Below are positions 12,786-27,339 of a stretch of 64,000 nucleotides of DNA, piece after piece. Below the pieces are notes generated by a model. It ran no database searches, was not told where the DNA came from, and worked only from the letters and a program-made list of their open reading frames with translations. The translations under genes were made by a program, and so were the position numbers. The stretch is from Lytechinus pictus (lineage: Eukaryota), in contig NC_087252.1 of assembly GCF_037042905.1 (NCBI RefSeq), positions 10,480,001 through 10,544,000 on the forward strand, in the 5' to 3' direction. How positions within the stretch are numbered: the stretch's first letter is position 1; the number at the start of each line of letters is the position of its first letter.

Positions 12786-13029
12786 GCTCAGCTGCTAGTC
12801 AACGAAGCAGCGGGTCTTTCTTTCACTGCTCTTGCCCGTAAACTCCAACTCTCTCACAATGGTCGTCTGGTGGCGGTCTTTGGTGCAGCTGAAGGTCAAC
12901 AGACCCTCAAGGTTATCCACGACAAGCCCTACCTGTGTACGCTCTGCGGGGCTTGCTTTACACACACAACACAACTCAGATGTCATGCTCAGGCAAAGCA
13001 CAACTACATGGAGAATATGTCCTCTGGAG
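12786..13029 (+). CDS. Zinc-finger gene coding exon 2 (one C2H2 finger); missed by the ORF track
   Basis: tccag acceptor; open frame AQLLVNEAAG...KPYLCTLCGACFTHTTQLRCHAQAKH...SSG; GT at 13030; phase 1 joins 14826 in frame. Confidence 0.85.
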
Positions 13030-13040
13030 GTAATTATTAA

Positions 13041-13619
13041 AGGTCAAGTCCACCCCAGAAAAATGTTGACTTGAATAAATAGAGAATAATCAAACTAGCA
13101 TAACGCTGAAAATTTCATCATAATCGGATGTAAAATAAGAAAGTTATGATATTTTAAAATTTTGCTTATTTTTCACAAAGTAATATGCAAATGAGACAGT
13201 CGATGATGTCCCTCACTCACTATTTTGTTTTTTTATTGCTTGAATTATACAATATTTCAATTTTTACAAATTTTACATGAAGGACCAACTTGACTGAACC
13301 ATAAAATATTTAAACAATGATATTCCACATATTCAGGGAAAAATTAAACTTATTTCACATGACCATGAAGAGAAAATTAGAATATTCCATATTTCATACA
13401 ATAAAATTCAAAAGAAATAGTGATTGGATGAGGTCATCAGTCTCGTCATTTGCATACCGACCAGGAAGTGCATATAACTGTTTTGTGAAATTAAGAAAAA
13501 CTTTAAAATGTCATAACTTTCTTATTTTACATCCGATTTTGATGAAATTTACAGTGTTATGCATGTTGGATTTTCTTTTTTTTTATTCAAATCAACTTTT
13601 TGTTTGGTGGACTTGTCCT
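13041..13619. mobile_element. TTAA-TSD MITE (Kolobok-like); relatives at 14198-14551, 20568-21146 and ~58517-59090
   Basis: TTAA|AGGTCAAGTCCACC ... GGTGGACTTGTCCT|TTAA; the copies share internal sequence. Confidence 0.8.
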
Positions 13620-14825
13620 TTAAGTTTTCCTTTCATTATAATGATAATAACATCATAATTGCCCAGGGTAGCTACTTCAGTTATGAAAAATATTATAGCG
13701 TGCCCTGCTGAACATGATATTCCCCAAGCCCTACATTGTAGCTGGCCTACCCAGGCTTTCAAATATTCAAGGCATTTCTTTCTACCATACATGTACCCAT
13801 TAAACCTGGGTGGATAGTGGCAAATGTAGATAAAATTAAATGCACTGCCAAAGGGCTTGTATCTCCTTGCTCTGCAAGCAGATGGTAATCTTTAGATTGC
13901 CAAACTCAGTCATGAATAAACTTGATTTGATCTAATTACCATTGGTCTTACCATCACTGAGTCTAATACTCAGTCTATATTTTTGTCATTTAGTCTTATG
14001 TGCAAAAAATATAATTTTCACTTTCTCTTATACCATTATACCATGTTATATGAAGAGTTTTTGTTCATGAAGAGATCTGATTAAATCATATATAGACAAC
14101 TGTAAAAGTGGTGTTTTACTTGAAGTGGATATTTGACAGAATGGGTATACTATAGACTGAATAGAAAAAGTGGTAAAATGAGCTAAATGGTAGTAAAAGG
14201 TCAAGTCCACCCCAACAAAAGTTGATTTGAATCAAGAAAGAAAAATCAATAAAGCTTAACACTGATTTTTTTAAAGATCTGGTGTAAACTAAGAAAGTTA
14301 AGATAATTTTAAAGGTTTACTGAATTTCACATTTGAGCACATTTTATACAATAGAACAAAATCAGTGAGTGGCATCATTGACCCTTATTTGCATCACTCT
14401 GTTGTACATTCAACTTTTTTGCTGAAAAATGTGCAAAAAATTAATATGTCATAATTTTCTTACATTACAATTGCTTACCATGAAATTTTCAGAGTTATGC
14501 TTGTTTGATTTTTCTCTTTTCATTCAAATACACTCGGGGTTGACTTGCCCTTTAAAGGTTTACTTTTTTAAGTTAAAGTAATAGTGCAGTAAATGTATGT
14601 AGACGAATTTAATGGTGAAAAGTATTTAAAAAGCAAAGTAGTAATCATGCAAACATATAAATTGGTATTTGAATAACATTGCACTTATTTATAGAAATAG
14701 TGAAATCGCTCATATGAGAAGAAAAACAAATGAGTGAGAAATATGTCAATAAAGCAGTTTTTAAAAGATTTTACTAGTAATAAACTTGGAGTTTTATTTT
14801 CTTATGTGTTCTTTTCTTTTCATAG

Positions 14826-17737
14826 GTGGGAGCCTTGGACTAGAGAGAGACCTAGACATAAGTAGTCCTGGTCCTGCTTCGACTGTTGGACAGAGACGAT
14901 TATCAAGTGAAACAAATTACTCAGACGCCAACTTAAACTCTGAAAGCAGTGAACTATTGAAGAGTGCATTGGCCAGCAGTGATTCACTGCCATCATTTTC
15001 TGAGGTGGAAATGAAGAAGGCGAAGAGAGAGAGTGCAGTGTTGAGTGATGGAGAAGTAGAAACGGACAGGGAAGGTTGTACCGGTGACCTTCCGGAGTGC
15101 ACACACTGCTCCAAAAGCTTTGTTGGCCAAAAGAACCTGGAAGCCCATGACATCAAGCATTGCGGGAAAGAGATGCACAAGTGTTCTGCCTGTAAAATTG
15201 CCTATGTACCCAAGGTGATAGGACCAAGCACCAGCGAGGATCGACCTGAAGAAGCGGTGAATCAGCAGTACCTGATGAACTCTGAAGGTTCTAACTTCAC
15301 TCACAATCATGACGAAGGGGATGGTGCCAAGGTGGATATCGAGCTGGAGGATGGACAGGGCATCGATTGCGTCCTTTGTGGAGAGACCTTTGGCATCCTT
15401 CAACACATCATCACACACATCCATGCATATACCTCATTCCCGTGCACCTTCTGCGATGGCGAGTTTCCGTCCATGAGAGACCTTGGTTGGCACTGCAAGC
15501 AGAAGCATGATCTGCTGTTGGTTCGTTGTCCGTTCTGCTCACGTGGCTTCAGAGAATATTCCCATCTTGCATTCCACATGCGTGAGCACAAGGGCCACCT
15601 TTTCTGCAAGATATGTAAGGTGCAGTGTCTTTCACGAAACAGCTACAACAAGCACTTGGAGATTCACGAGATGAATACAGGAGAGCTCGAAGAATTGCCT
15701 GAGGAAGGGGAGGATGACGAAAGTGATGAGATGAGCGAAGGCAGTTCTCAGAAGGAGAAAGAGAAGCACACATGTCATATCTGCTCCAAGCCTTTCAATT
15801 CATTTTATTCTATCTTCCACCACATGAGGAGAGAACACCCAATGGAGTCTCTGCCTTCCTACAACCAGGATCTCATCAAACGCAGATTTGTCTGCAAGAA
15901 ATGCGGCTTTGCCTTCCGCCGGAAAGACACCTTAGAACGCCATGAGTTGATCCACAAAAGAGGTGACTATCCTCGACGGAGGCCGCCTTCAAAGCCTATC
16001 ATCAAGCCAAGACCTGGAAACATTCTGTGCACAATTTGTAACAGAGCCTTCTCAAGGGCTACCAACCTTGAGGCGCATATGGAAGAGGCGCACCCAGAGG
16101 AGTGTGATGATGCTGTCAAAGGAAAAAAGAAATACTGCTGTGATCTGTGTGGTAAGCTACTGATGAGCCAGAAGAGTCTCGACCGCCACATCCTGGTACA
16201 CCAGGAGCCAAAATTCACCTGTCCCATTTGCGACAAGAAGCTGAAGCATGCTGAAACCCTGAAGACTCACATGCGCACACATACTGGGGAAAAGCCTTAC
16301 AACTGTGACATTTGCAACCAGTCCTTCGCACAGCGCTCTACATACGTTCAACACATGTGTATTCATTCAGGAGAACGCCCTCACGAGTGCGATATCTGCA
16401 ACAAGAAGTTCATTCGGAGGACAGAGCTGAGGGTTCATCAGGCAAAGCACACCAGTATGAGGCTGTTTCCATGCAGCCACTGCAGCAAGACATTCAAGAC
16501 GGAAAAGCATCGCAAGATTCACGAGACGCAGCTGCACTCTGCAAATGCACAGTCCTACATGTGTGAGAAGTGCGGGAAATCATTTACCTGGGCATCGGGT
16601 CTGAAGGCTCACGCCTGCAGTCATATTGGTGAGGCTCCTTACAAGTGCCAGGAATGCGATAAGTCATTCTCTCAAGCTCTTTTCCTGAAGAGGCATATGC
16701 ATGTTCACACAAAGCCATTTAAGTGTGAACAGTGCTATGAAGGATTCAAGAACAAGGCAGACCTGAAGAACCATACAGCCAAGATGCACGGATCAGGCTC
16801 TCCAAGCAACCAGACGCAGAGCATAGTCCCAACACAAGTCCAGGAACTGATCTCGGACCATAGCTGGAAAACCAACAAGATGATGTTGGATATGCCTGTG
16901 GACCCGAACAGTCCCCTATCGAGTCCAATGCCTGCTCCTGGTCCTAGTCAGCACACAGTTCCAAGTCAAATTCAACAGCCCACCCTCCAACAAGGCCAAT
17001 CTCATTCTCCACAGGTCCCAGTGTCGATGCCTACCCAGGTCCAAGGATCCATCCCGCATCATGCTCATGTGCAGCCGCAGGGTCAGATACCAGCTCAAAT
17101 GCAAAGTCAGATGCCACAAGGTCAAATGTCATCATCTCTTACAAATCAGGTTCACACTTCTGGTCAGGCTCAAAATCAAGGACATGTAAGGATGTCTTAC
17201 TCCAATCGTGCTCTAATGTCACTACCAAATCAAGCCTCGATGTCACTTCCTAACCAAGCCACTGCTTCTCATTCGAATCAAGTCTCGTTATCTCATTCAA
17301 ACCAAATACCAATGTCCCTACCGAATCATAATCCAATGCCTCGGTCAAACCAAGGTGGACTGATGTCTCTCTCCAACCCGGCCCAGATGCACAGGATGTC
17401 GCATACAATGTCCCATCCCAATCAGATGCAGTCACCGCTCACCAATCAAATGCCTCCGTCCCACCAAGGCCTGCCACAGGTTCCACATCGAACCCAGGTC
17501 CCGAATCATCAAGCGCCAATGTCTCTTCCACATCAAGGCCAAGCATCTCTTCCAGGACAGGTCCAAGCCCCAATGTCGGGTCCAGGTCATGGTCCAGGTC
17601 TTGGCCAACCCCATCATCACTATCTCCCGAATCCAATGATGCAAGACCGGAACATGTATGCAGAGCAACAGTATCATGTCCAAGACTCGACAAACCAGGC
17701 CATTGCAGCTATGCTCACTCATATGTCTTCACTGTAA
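14826..17737 (+). CDS. Zinc-finger gene terminal coding exon: ~15 C2H2 fingers, acidic patch, Q/P/S/M/H-rich C-terminus
   Basis: 983-aa ORF with repeated CxxC-x12-Hx3/4H and TGEKPY/SGERPH linkers. The true start is the catag acceptor at 14825; stop TAA at 17735-17737. Confidence 0.95.
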
Positions 17738-18621
17738 CACATAATTACAGTGAGAGAGTAGTTGCTCCACAGTGAATATCTATTTTCGAACAGTAAGTAT
17801 ATATATATATATTTTGAAAGTTGAAAATTAAGTACATGTAGACGTAGCGGTAATTGGTGGAGAATGAATTATGTACTTATCGTGATTATCTTGAATCAAA
17901 AGTTTTTTTCTCTGAATGCAATGATTACCATTTGGTCTCAAAGATTCTTTATAGCAAGCTTCTAAATTGCTTCAGGCTCAGTATTAAATAGAGGTCAGTT
18001 CCATTATATTAAGTGAAAGTGAATTTGTGTTTGGTTTGAACACTATCATTCAAGTCAAAACTAGGTATTTGTAATAAAGTATAATCAACAACTCATTCAA
18101 AAATGATTTATATTTTGTACATTACTGTATGGTTTTTGTAATCAAACTGATGCATGTGCCAGGCAAATATGTGTTTTACTTTTATTTGTTTTTGCTTATT
18201 ACACATGTATTTATTTATTCATTTGTTTTATTGATATTTTCAACATTCTTTGTATTACTAGCGTTTACAGGAACACAGATTGACTATTTCAATCAAAATA
18301 ACATTAACATCACACGTGTGATATTGCATTTAAGTCTGGAGACTTATGATTTTATTTTTTTAAGAGTTCCTGCATTTTCATTTTTGCTACATACCTTTGT
18401 AAAAGGTATTTTTTATGAAAAGATTTTTTTAAGTTTAAAAGGTTTAGACTTTTTAGTGTTGACTTGATGATGATGAATTTTACCAAACCTGGGAAGTAAT
18501 TGAATTCTTAATCATTCTAATTTTGTGATAAATAATTTTAAAAAAAATGTTGAATATAAAGTACTCATTTTGCAAGCACTTCTTGACTTTTTCTGAACTA
18601 AAAATTGTATTGATTGACTTA

Positions 18622-19036
18622 AGGCCACCGCACACCTTACGACTGTTCGTGATCCGATTTTGGAACAAATCGCATTTTGCTCATTTTCTGAAAATGTGAA
18701 TGAAACATATAATTTTATTTGAGGTTTAGATTAATTGAAAGAATACTAATATAACCATTTTGAAAGATTGCAAGCCTTTATTTCGGAGTAAAGGCCAAAT
18801 TAGTTTCAAATCGTAGCCAATCGTACGACTGCTATGACGTCATTGCGACTAGATATTAAATTCGCTTTTATTCCAAGAAGGATGATAGCATAGTCACAGA
18901 TTTGAACATAGGTATTCGTACGATGATTTAGAACATTACACAGTAAGATATTCCAAGTCTCAATGTTAGCATCAAATTCTACTACATTTTATTCTGAAAT
19001 CGGGTCACAGACCAATCGTAAGGTGTGCGGTCGCCT
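18622..19036. mobile_element. PIF/Harbinger-like MITE (~415 bp)
   Basis: TIR AGGCCACCGCACACCTTACGA; TTA TSD; same family at 22365, 41838 and 50008. Confidence 0.85.
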
Positions 19037-19873
19037 TTAGAGTCACAAGTTTCCTTCGATGCAATTATCTTTTTTTCATCATAATAATTATGTCTCGAAC
19101 AAAGAATTTGTATGTACAGGGTTATTCTTATTTGTAAATGGTTTTACACTTTATTCCAAAGGCTGAGTCTTTGGGTTTTTATTATTCCCTTGGGGGATCA
19201 TATGATAGTGCATTTATTTCATTTTGGCATTAATGACAAATCCACAAACAAAAGGTTGCCAATTTGAGATAAACATAACAAGTGCCCATGCATACTTAAA
19301 AGGTGAATGGGGCAGATTGTTTTCATTTTACTTCTGTACAAACTGCCAACTTTGTATTCAATTTTAATGGTATTCTTATTTACTTGTTTTTTTAATTTTA
19401 TTTATTTACTTTAAAAAAAATTCATTTTAGAGATATTTTTTTATAAACCAGCTTTTCTCTCTTGCTCTCGTTAAAGAATTCATAATAGTTTTGTTTAGAG
19501 ACATAAGCCTTGTTATTACGGGTATTGACACTTCTAACTTGTCTTATCAAGAAGAACATACCAGGCAATTGGTAAGTCCTCCCTAACAAAGGTTGATGTA
19601 GTTAAAAAGAAGTAACTCAAACTAGCACAATGCTGAAAAATCTCATCAAAATCGTTCAAACTTGCACAAGAAAGTAACAGATCAAAAGCCAGGTAGTGTT
19701 TCACAGAGAGCTAAGTACGAATTGAATAGAGTCACACTTTTATGTCCAATAACGGATAAAAAGCATCACCGCATTGGTCAAATCATGTAAAGAGGACGCA
19801 CACTGCTGCCTATTAATCAATAAGATTGCTCGTTACATAATCATGTGCTGGTCAGCACTAAGCATGACTTTAA

Positions 19874-20267
19874 AGAGAAATGCCAGTAATTGCAGTAAAC
19901 ACTGATTTCATGAGAAAGTCTGTAAAACCAGGCTTAATTGTCAGTATATCATCGAGGATCTAGATCTGGTACAGTTACATAAACTGAACTTCGTGAAATC
20001 TTGAAATCTACGCTGAAAAATGTTCACACTCAAGATCACCAACACAGTTAGGCACACGTGGGACAGTGTATTATTATTGCTGGAATAAAGACCCGACGGA
20101 AGTGACCGAATCCGCGCTTATTTTGCTTATTTCTCAGCAATTACACAATTTCTTCCAGAATCCTTTGGCACATATTTTTTATTCATACAAACAGACACTT
20201 GGGTGGTCATTATATTAGATTCTGTAAAAAGTCATTTTGAGATCGTTACCAATACTGGAATTTATCT
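19874..20267. mobile_element. TTAA-TSD MITE (Kolobok-like)
   Basis: TTAA|AGAGAAATGCCAGT ... ACTGGAATTTATCT|TTAA. Confidence 0.7.
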
Positions 20268-20567
20268 TTAACTCATTGCAGACCAAACCCAGGTCATACC
20301 AATTTTACTGAAATATACAGGGCATCACAATTAAATGTAAATGTATGTATATAATTGATTCTTACCTTTTTTTGCAGCAGAGTGAAATGTTTCGTTAACT
20401 ACATGTGAGAAGGGAGGGCATGGAAAATTCAATGATATACATGTAACAGCTGGTTTGAACCACAAATGGAAGTGATCCGAATGTGTATTTCATAAATGTT
20501 ATTTGAATTATTTTGTACTAAATTCATACATGAGATTACATGGAGTGTCATCGTGTCGTCATCTTAA

Positions 20568-21146
20568 AGGTCAAGTCCACCCCTGAAAAGTGTTGATTTG
20601 AATAAAAAGAGAAAAATCAAACTAGGATTCCGTTGAAAATTTCATCAAATAAGGATGTAAAGTTAGAAAGTAATGACATTTAAAGTTTCGCTTATTTTTC
20701 ACAAAATAGTGATACGTGCAATTGAGTGGCATGCAAATTAGACAGTCAATGATGTCCTTCGTTCACTATTTATTTTGTTTTTTATTGTTTGAATTATACA
20801 ATATTTCATTTTTTACATATTTGACAAGAAGAACCAACTTGACTGAACCATATTGTATTAAACAATGCTAATTCCGCATATTCAGGAAGGAATTAATTGT
20901 TTCACCGTCAATGAGGAGAAAATTAGAATATTTCATATAATAAAATGCAAAAGAAATAGTGGATGATGTCATTGGCCTCCTCATATGCATACCAAGCAGG
21001 ATGTGCATATAACTGTTTTGTGAAATTTAGCGAAATTTAAAAATATAACTTTCTTATTTTACATCCAATTCTAATCAAATTTTCAGTGTTATGCTTGTTA
21101 GATTTTTTTTATTCAAATTAATTTTCTGCTGGGGTGGACTTGTCCT
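20568..21146. mobile_element. TTAA-TSD MITE, same family as 13041
   Basis: TTAA|AGGTCAAGTCCACCCC ... GGGGTGGACTTGTCCT|TTAA. Confidence 0.85.
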
Positions 21147-22364
21147 TTAAGCAAAATTGTAATGATTATCTGTGGTCTAGAAATGCAAACTTGAATGATT
21201 TGAACTTTCTCTTGTTTTAATAGGTCAATTAGAAGCCTGCCAAAATCACAAGGTTGAAATTACATGTATGAGAATGTTACGTGGATCTTTGTTGTACAAA
21301 ATTAGTAGTCATTCCTGCTTTTAATTCCTAAATATGAAGTGCATTTTACTAACTGACTATATATGCCTAATATATTGAATGACAATTACAATTGTGAGTA
21401 AAGGGAATAAATTGAATGCAAACATACACATATAGTCGTATACAGTTTTTATACTGCTAGCTTTTAGCAGATTCAGTATTTCACAGTTTGAAAGTTTATG
21501 CAAGCAGAGCAACTAATCCACTTTGAATTTAATTCAATTTCATTTGAATTATCTGTTAGAATTCAGAAAGGCTGAAGCTTATTTCAGTTAAAAGAAAAAA
21601 ATCATGATTGTGAACCTTGAATTTATTGTGCCTCGATATTAAGAGGCATTATTTTCTGTAATCAAATAGCATTTTACTTTTTTGTTTCACTCTTCTAAAT
21701 TCAGAACTAATTGCCGTATCAAATGGTGTTGTATTGTAGCTCTACTTTTTTTGTGGGGGGATATTATCGATGGAACAATTTTTTTATGTAAATGCAACAT
21801 GAATAATATGTACAGAAATATATTCTCCATTCCAAATTGCCAACCTAGATTAATACTCAGTGATTTTCATTTAGTATTGCCAAGTTTACTGCAGCAGATG
21901 TATTTTAGAGTCATAATTTTTTGCCAATATAATTAGTTGGATTCTTGAAATGATGGTATTATTATCAATGACATAATAGGCAACACTGCTATGATTGACA
22001 TGTGTTTTTTAATCTGTAAATAATACTTAATAAATATGGATGTTGTGTTGAAGTCTGTAGACTTACAATAAGGCAATTTGGAAAGATATAGATCTACATT
22101 TGCCATCCTTGACCAAAAGCAAATCCAGAAGGAATTCATTCGTTGGCATGTTATTCCGCCCTTATTGGAAGTTATGCTTGAGTGAAAACATTTTTGAATG
22201 AGCAATCAGCCAAGAATCATCATCTTAGTCATCATCATTACCATAATGAGTGTTATCGCCACCATTATCATCAAATTATCAACAATACCATCACCAACCT
22301 CATCTATACCACCACCACCACCATCATCACCACCACTACCAACACCACCGCCCATTACATCTAA

Positions 22365-22781
22365 AGGCCACCGCACTCCTTACGACTGTTCGCGATCCGA
22401 TTTTGGAACAAATCGCATTGTGCTCATTTTCTGAAAATGTGAATGGAACATATAATTTTATTTCAGGTTAAAATTAATTGAAAGAATACAAATATAACCG
22501 TTTTGAAAGATTGCAAGCCTTTATTTTGGAGTAAAGGCCAAATTAGTTTCAAATCGTAGCCAATCGTACGACTGCTATGACGTCATTACGACTAGATATT
22601 AAATTTGCTTTTATTCTAAGAAGGATGATAGCATAGTCACAGATATGAACGTATAGGTATTCGTACGATGATTTTGAACATTACACAGTAAGATATTCCA
22701 AGTCTCAATATTAGCATCAAGTTTTACTACGTTTTATTCCAAAATCGGGTCGCAGACCAATCGTAAGGTGTGCGGTGTCCT
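22365..22781. mobile_element. PIF/Harbinger-like MITE, copy of the 18622 element
   Basis: Near-identical sequence; TAA TSD on both sides. Confidence 0.85.
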
Positions 22782-24949
22782 TAAGTCATCCATGCATGTG
22801 CTTCTTCATTGCATCTATGAACCTGATCGTGAAGTACATAAGGTCTTTTTAGTTTAATACTAACAGTTGACAAGTTGATATGTCAGGAGCAACTTTGGGG
22901 TCACTTCCCATGTTGTATTCTCCAGTGTATGGAATCGCAAATAAAGAGCTATGCCTTGGCAGAGGGTCTGTGTAGGAAGCATGAGAGGTACAACTCTGGT
23001 TTTACTCAAACGACGGTTTAATTTATTTTGTGTTTAAGTTTATTCCAGTCTATGCTGAGAATCCTAGAGTGATCATGTTGCATTTTGTTTGTAGTTTGGC
23101 TCATACCTTGTGAATCAGTTGTGTAAGGAATGCTATTTTACTTACCATTCCCAGATAATTATTCAAATGATATGTTGACTGCTGTTATAAAATAATGTAA
23201 CATTCAAGCCCTATCTTACAAAGAGTTGTGATCAATCCGCTCAACCACAACTATGGAAAGCCAGCAACATCGACATCTATAATGCATGTTTGTTCTAAGT
23301 ATTTTCTTCATATGATGTATATTCATACATTCATCTTTTTTTGTATTCAGTGTGCTCCTCTTTGTTTACAACAGGACATTGCACAATTTTCCTTTGGAAA
23401 AAATTATGACATTGATGTATTTCCATATAGATGAGGCTGATCAGATCAATCGTAACTCTTTGAAAGACAGGTCCCTGGCTCTTGGTATAGTTCGACCACA
23501 GATTTACAAACAAAAATGTTTACAGGGATTTAATACAGCACCAACTTCTGAATTGAGTAAAACTAAGTAAAACTTTTACTCTACACGTAAAACGAATCCA
23601 TGCATTTTACTATCTCTCCTGCGAGGGGTGGGGGTATAGTTTTATATACTGTATATAAAAACACTTCCCTATTTTTGTTATTATTAATAGATTTTCATGC
23701 TTAAATTCCTTTAATATTTCAGTACTAGTGTTCAAGTTCTTATTCAATTTATTATTTTTTTTCAGAATGTTGCTTGCCCATGTTAACCAACTTTTAAATC
23801 TGTATAGATCTACCTAGATGTAGGTGCATGCATCCAGACTTGTAATTTTTTTATACATCATCATTCGAAATCGTGGCCAAATATTTTTAAACAATGAAAT
23901 TGATTCCATAATCGGTGTATGTATATTTTTGTGAATAACTGCTTATTTGTAAATGACAAGGAGTTGTACATGTTCATCATGATAGAAAAAAATGAGCAGA
24001 ATGTATTCATGAACTATTCATCATAATTTAGCTCATAGCGCATATGTAGGTTCATAGCAATAATGAATATTTGTGATATTTGTTGCTTTATGTGTTAGTA
24101 GTGTAGTCTTTGTGTCCTAACCTTAATGTTTTAATCCATGTACGTAGTGTATATTCACTTATGATCAGCTTTATTGATGATGTCCATATTTCAGGTATGA
24201 CTATAAGTCATGTAAATTTTTTTTGTATTCTGTAAATAATGTTAACGGCTGATGTACTTTTTCACTAAAAGTAGAACCATGTATTACGTACGTGTATGTA
24301 TTCGTAGTAGACTACTAGGGCTGAAAATGTAATGTTATAATAAACTCAAACCAGATGCCATAGAATCAAGTAGGTTGTTTGTTTTCTTTGTTAATCTCTG
24401 ACCATTTGAATTCTTCATTTTGAACAAAATGTTAAAAAACCAGGGGGGGGGTGACATGTCTTGATACACTTTCTGATCCCCCCCCCCTTCCCTTCCTCTT
24501 ATATATATATAAATATCTTATATATATATATATATCTTTTTTAAATATATATGTATATTTTATATATATATATATTTAAAAAAGAGATAAACAGCTGTAG
24601 ACATAATGAACCCTGAAGAAAAGACTAGAGTACTGTTTCATAAACACTTGTTATAATAACAAATGCACAATTTCTATAACAAGTTTAGTATCAGCCAATT
24701 GAATTGAATGACTTCATTAGCTTACTGTTGCTGCAAATATGTTATTATAACAAGTTTTATGAAACAAGCCCTCGATGGTCTGCGCTCTGCAGGTTACATA
24801 ATTTTCCATTCAGCTGCTTGCTAATCTAGAAAATTGGATTTAAACTTTAAATATTTGAGAATAATTGGCCACAATGTATGCCTCGAGAAATTTTGGCACA
24901 TATGAAGTCTTGTAAATTCATGCATGAATACACTTACAGGCTTATAGAT

Positions 24950-25299
24950 GGTTTATTTCCAATTCGTCCAATTTCCAACTCGTCTACTATCATTTGATCT
25001 ACCATCAATTTGTCCAATATCCACATGGTCTAATTGCCAATTCGTCCACTCACCATTTCGTCTAACCAGTTGGTCCAATAGTCCATATACCCTTTGGTCT
25101 TATTGGACTGAAATGGATATTAGACCAACTGGTTATGAGACAAAATGGTGGTTAGAAGAAGTGATAATTGGACCAATAAATGGTTATTGGACCAAATGTT
25201 TGAATAGATGAAATGTTGATGGACGCAGCAGCATTAGACTGTAAAATGAAAGACCATTTGGTGAGAGGACGAGTTGACAGTACGAATAGGCAATTTACC
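24950..25299. mobile_element. Small foldback-like element with short internal repeats
   Basis: GG...CC ends; perfect 8-bp TSD TTATAGAT; inverted relative at 32616-33027. Confidence 0.75.
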
Positions 25300-26074
25300 T
25301 TATAGATTAGCCCCCACTTCCCATTTTTAAAAGTCTCCTTGAATTTGACTGTTTGAGAAGCACAGTCTTATGAAACTGTTAATAAGGAAACTTGGATGAA
25401 CAGACTTTTTACAAACATCTGACAAGTTCTTCATGAAATGACTACGTTTTTACAAAATTATTTTGTAAAACCATCATTACCGTAAACACGTACACTAAGG
25501 GGATTCGTTATATGATTTAACAAAGTCTGATCTGTAAGAGCTTTTACCTCGGCCAATTAAAAGTTGTCAGGTCTGTTTTTAGACAACAAAATGATCGATG
25601 AATCTGTACCCTGTATACTAACAGCAAAGCTAACAGTGCTACATTGTAGGACAGATTTTAACCACTGTTGTAGGCCTATACAGATGGCGGAGGGGCTTGC
25701 CAGAGGCATGGGCCCAAAAAATGTTTCACATCCCAAGAAAAAAAGGAGAAAGAGAAGAGAATGAAATATTTTGTCAAACAGTTTTAAGATCTCCCAACAC
25801 CCATCACAACTCTTATGGAAATCATTAGATCATTTACTTTTTGATCAAAGTTAACTATTATTTAAACATCCCTTGTTGATTTATACTTCTCTAGAAGTTT
25901 TCCTCTTTTTTATTTATTATATTTAATATTACTACCAGTATACATTATCTCATAACTCCTAAAAATTGTGAGGCCTCTCCATATGAATTAATTCAATTTC
26001 TTCCCTAATGATACACTCTTTATCTATATATATTCTGCCTCTCTGCAAAAGTGCATGCATGTCCGACCCCCAGC

Positions 26075-26789
26075 CAGAGGCGTCAATCCTGGGGGGGCAG
26101 GGGGGGCGATCGCCCCACCGATGAAAATATTGGGGGGGCAAACATATCATTTTGCCCCCCCCAATGATTCCGGATATACCAAAAAAAAACAAGATTGTAA
26201 TGTTCAGCAAGCGAGATTGAGATACACAACTCGTTCTTTATTTAAAATCGTGCTCAAAATGTCTGCTTTTCAGATTGGAATATAAATTTTTTTAGCTCGC
26301 GCTTCGCGCTCGCATCATTTCTGTAGTAAAAACCTATACTTTTCATGATTGAATAGGTGAATGTAAATGTCCCATTTTCAGTTTTAAGCTTCAAAAGAAC
26401 TCCTGCTTCTATTTGCAATAATCTTTTCTTGGATATATATCTTGTTCTTTATCAAAAACTTTCATTAAACTGTCATTTTTTTCAAATCGAAATATCAAAA
26501 TTATCAGCTCGCGCTTCGCGCTCGCATCTATTCTTCTTTTAGATACCAATCTTAATCATTATTACCAAAAATGCTTAGAATATCAAGCTTTCAGGTCAGA
26601 ATATAAAGAAATTTCAGCTCACTTTCGGCACTTGTACTATCTGTGTAGTGAGATATGTATCCTCATGAGTTACAAACAGCCCTAAACAGGCACGCTTTTC
26701 CTGTCAGTATGCTAAAAAAAAATCAGCTCGCGCTTCGCGCTCGCATTAATTTGTTGGTGAGATACGTACGTGTCTGTGTCACATGAGTC

Positions 26790-26826
<37 letters not shown>

Positions 26827-26919
26827 AGGGGGGTGTGGATGGGTGTCTTATACGATCGAGCGCCTTTGGAACGTTAATGATTTTGCCCCCCCAATCTGAA
26901 AAATGGATCGACGCCCCTG
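26075..26919. mobile_element. Non-autonomous hAT-like element
   Basis: TIR CAGAGGCGTCAATCC / GGATCGACGCCCCTG; 8-bp TSD CCCCCAGC; internal gctcgcgcttcgcgctcgc repeats. Confidence 0.85.
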
Positions 26920-27339
26920 CCCCCAGCCCCCTCCTGAAAGATTAGTTGGATATCAAAAATAGCATTTATGCCATGCGCAACAGCGGTACGATATTCTAGC
27001 TAAAAATAACATTGGTGAAGGTTAAGAATTTTATTAGTATATTTTGTTTTTGTTTTCATTTTTATATGTCACATGATAGCTCTAGCGATCGCCCCCGTAT
27101 TTCGTGCTATAGGCCCCCTATATAAAAATCAGAATGTTATTTTCTCAACAGACAAACTATTTCACTCTGCTCCTATTAAGTAGGCCTATATAGAAACACA
27201 TTTTTAGTCATCTGCATGACTGATCAGCATTAAAAAAACTTTTAAAAAAATTTGCATTTTATAATACACAACATATGGGGTAGCTGCTCGTAATCTTCTT
27301 TGGATTTTCTGGTTATTTTTACAGCAAACTTTTCGTCGG

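Noticed and set aside
14786..14825. Signal-peptide-like N-terminus of the 983-aa ORF
   Set aside because: TTG start within the intron's pyrimidine tract; the exon begins at 14826.
14820..17722. Many short antisense and alternate-frame ORFs over the zinc-finger exon
   Set aside because: Shadows of the real coding exon; no recognisable domains.
17793..17798. GTAAGT 55 nt after the zinc-finger stop codon (possible 3' UTR intron or NMD switch)
   Set aside because: A single hexamer with a weak exonic context and no identifiable partner acceptor.
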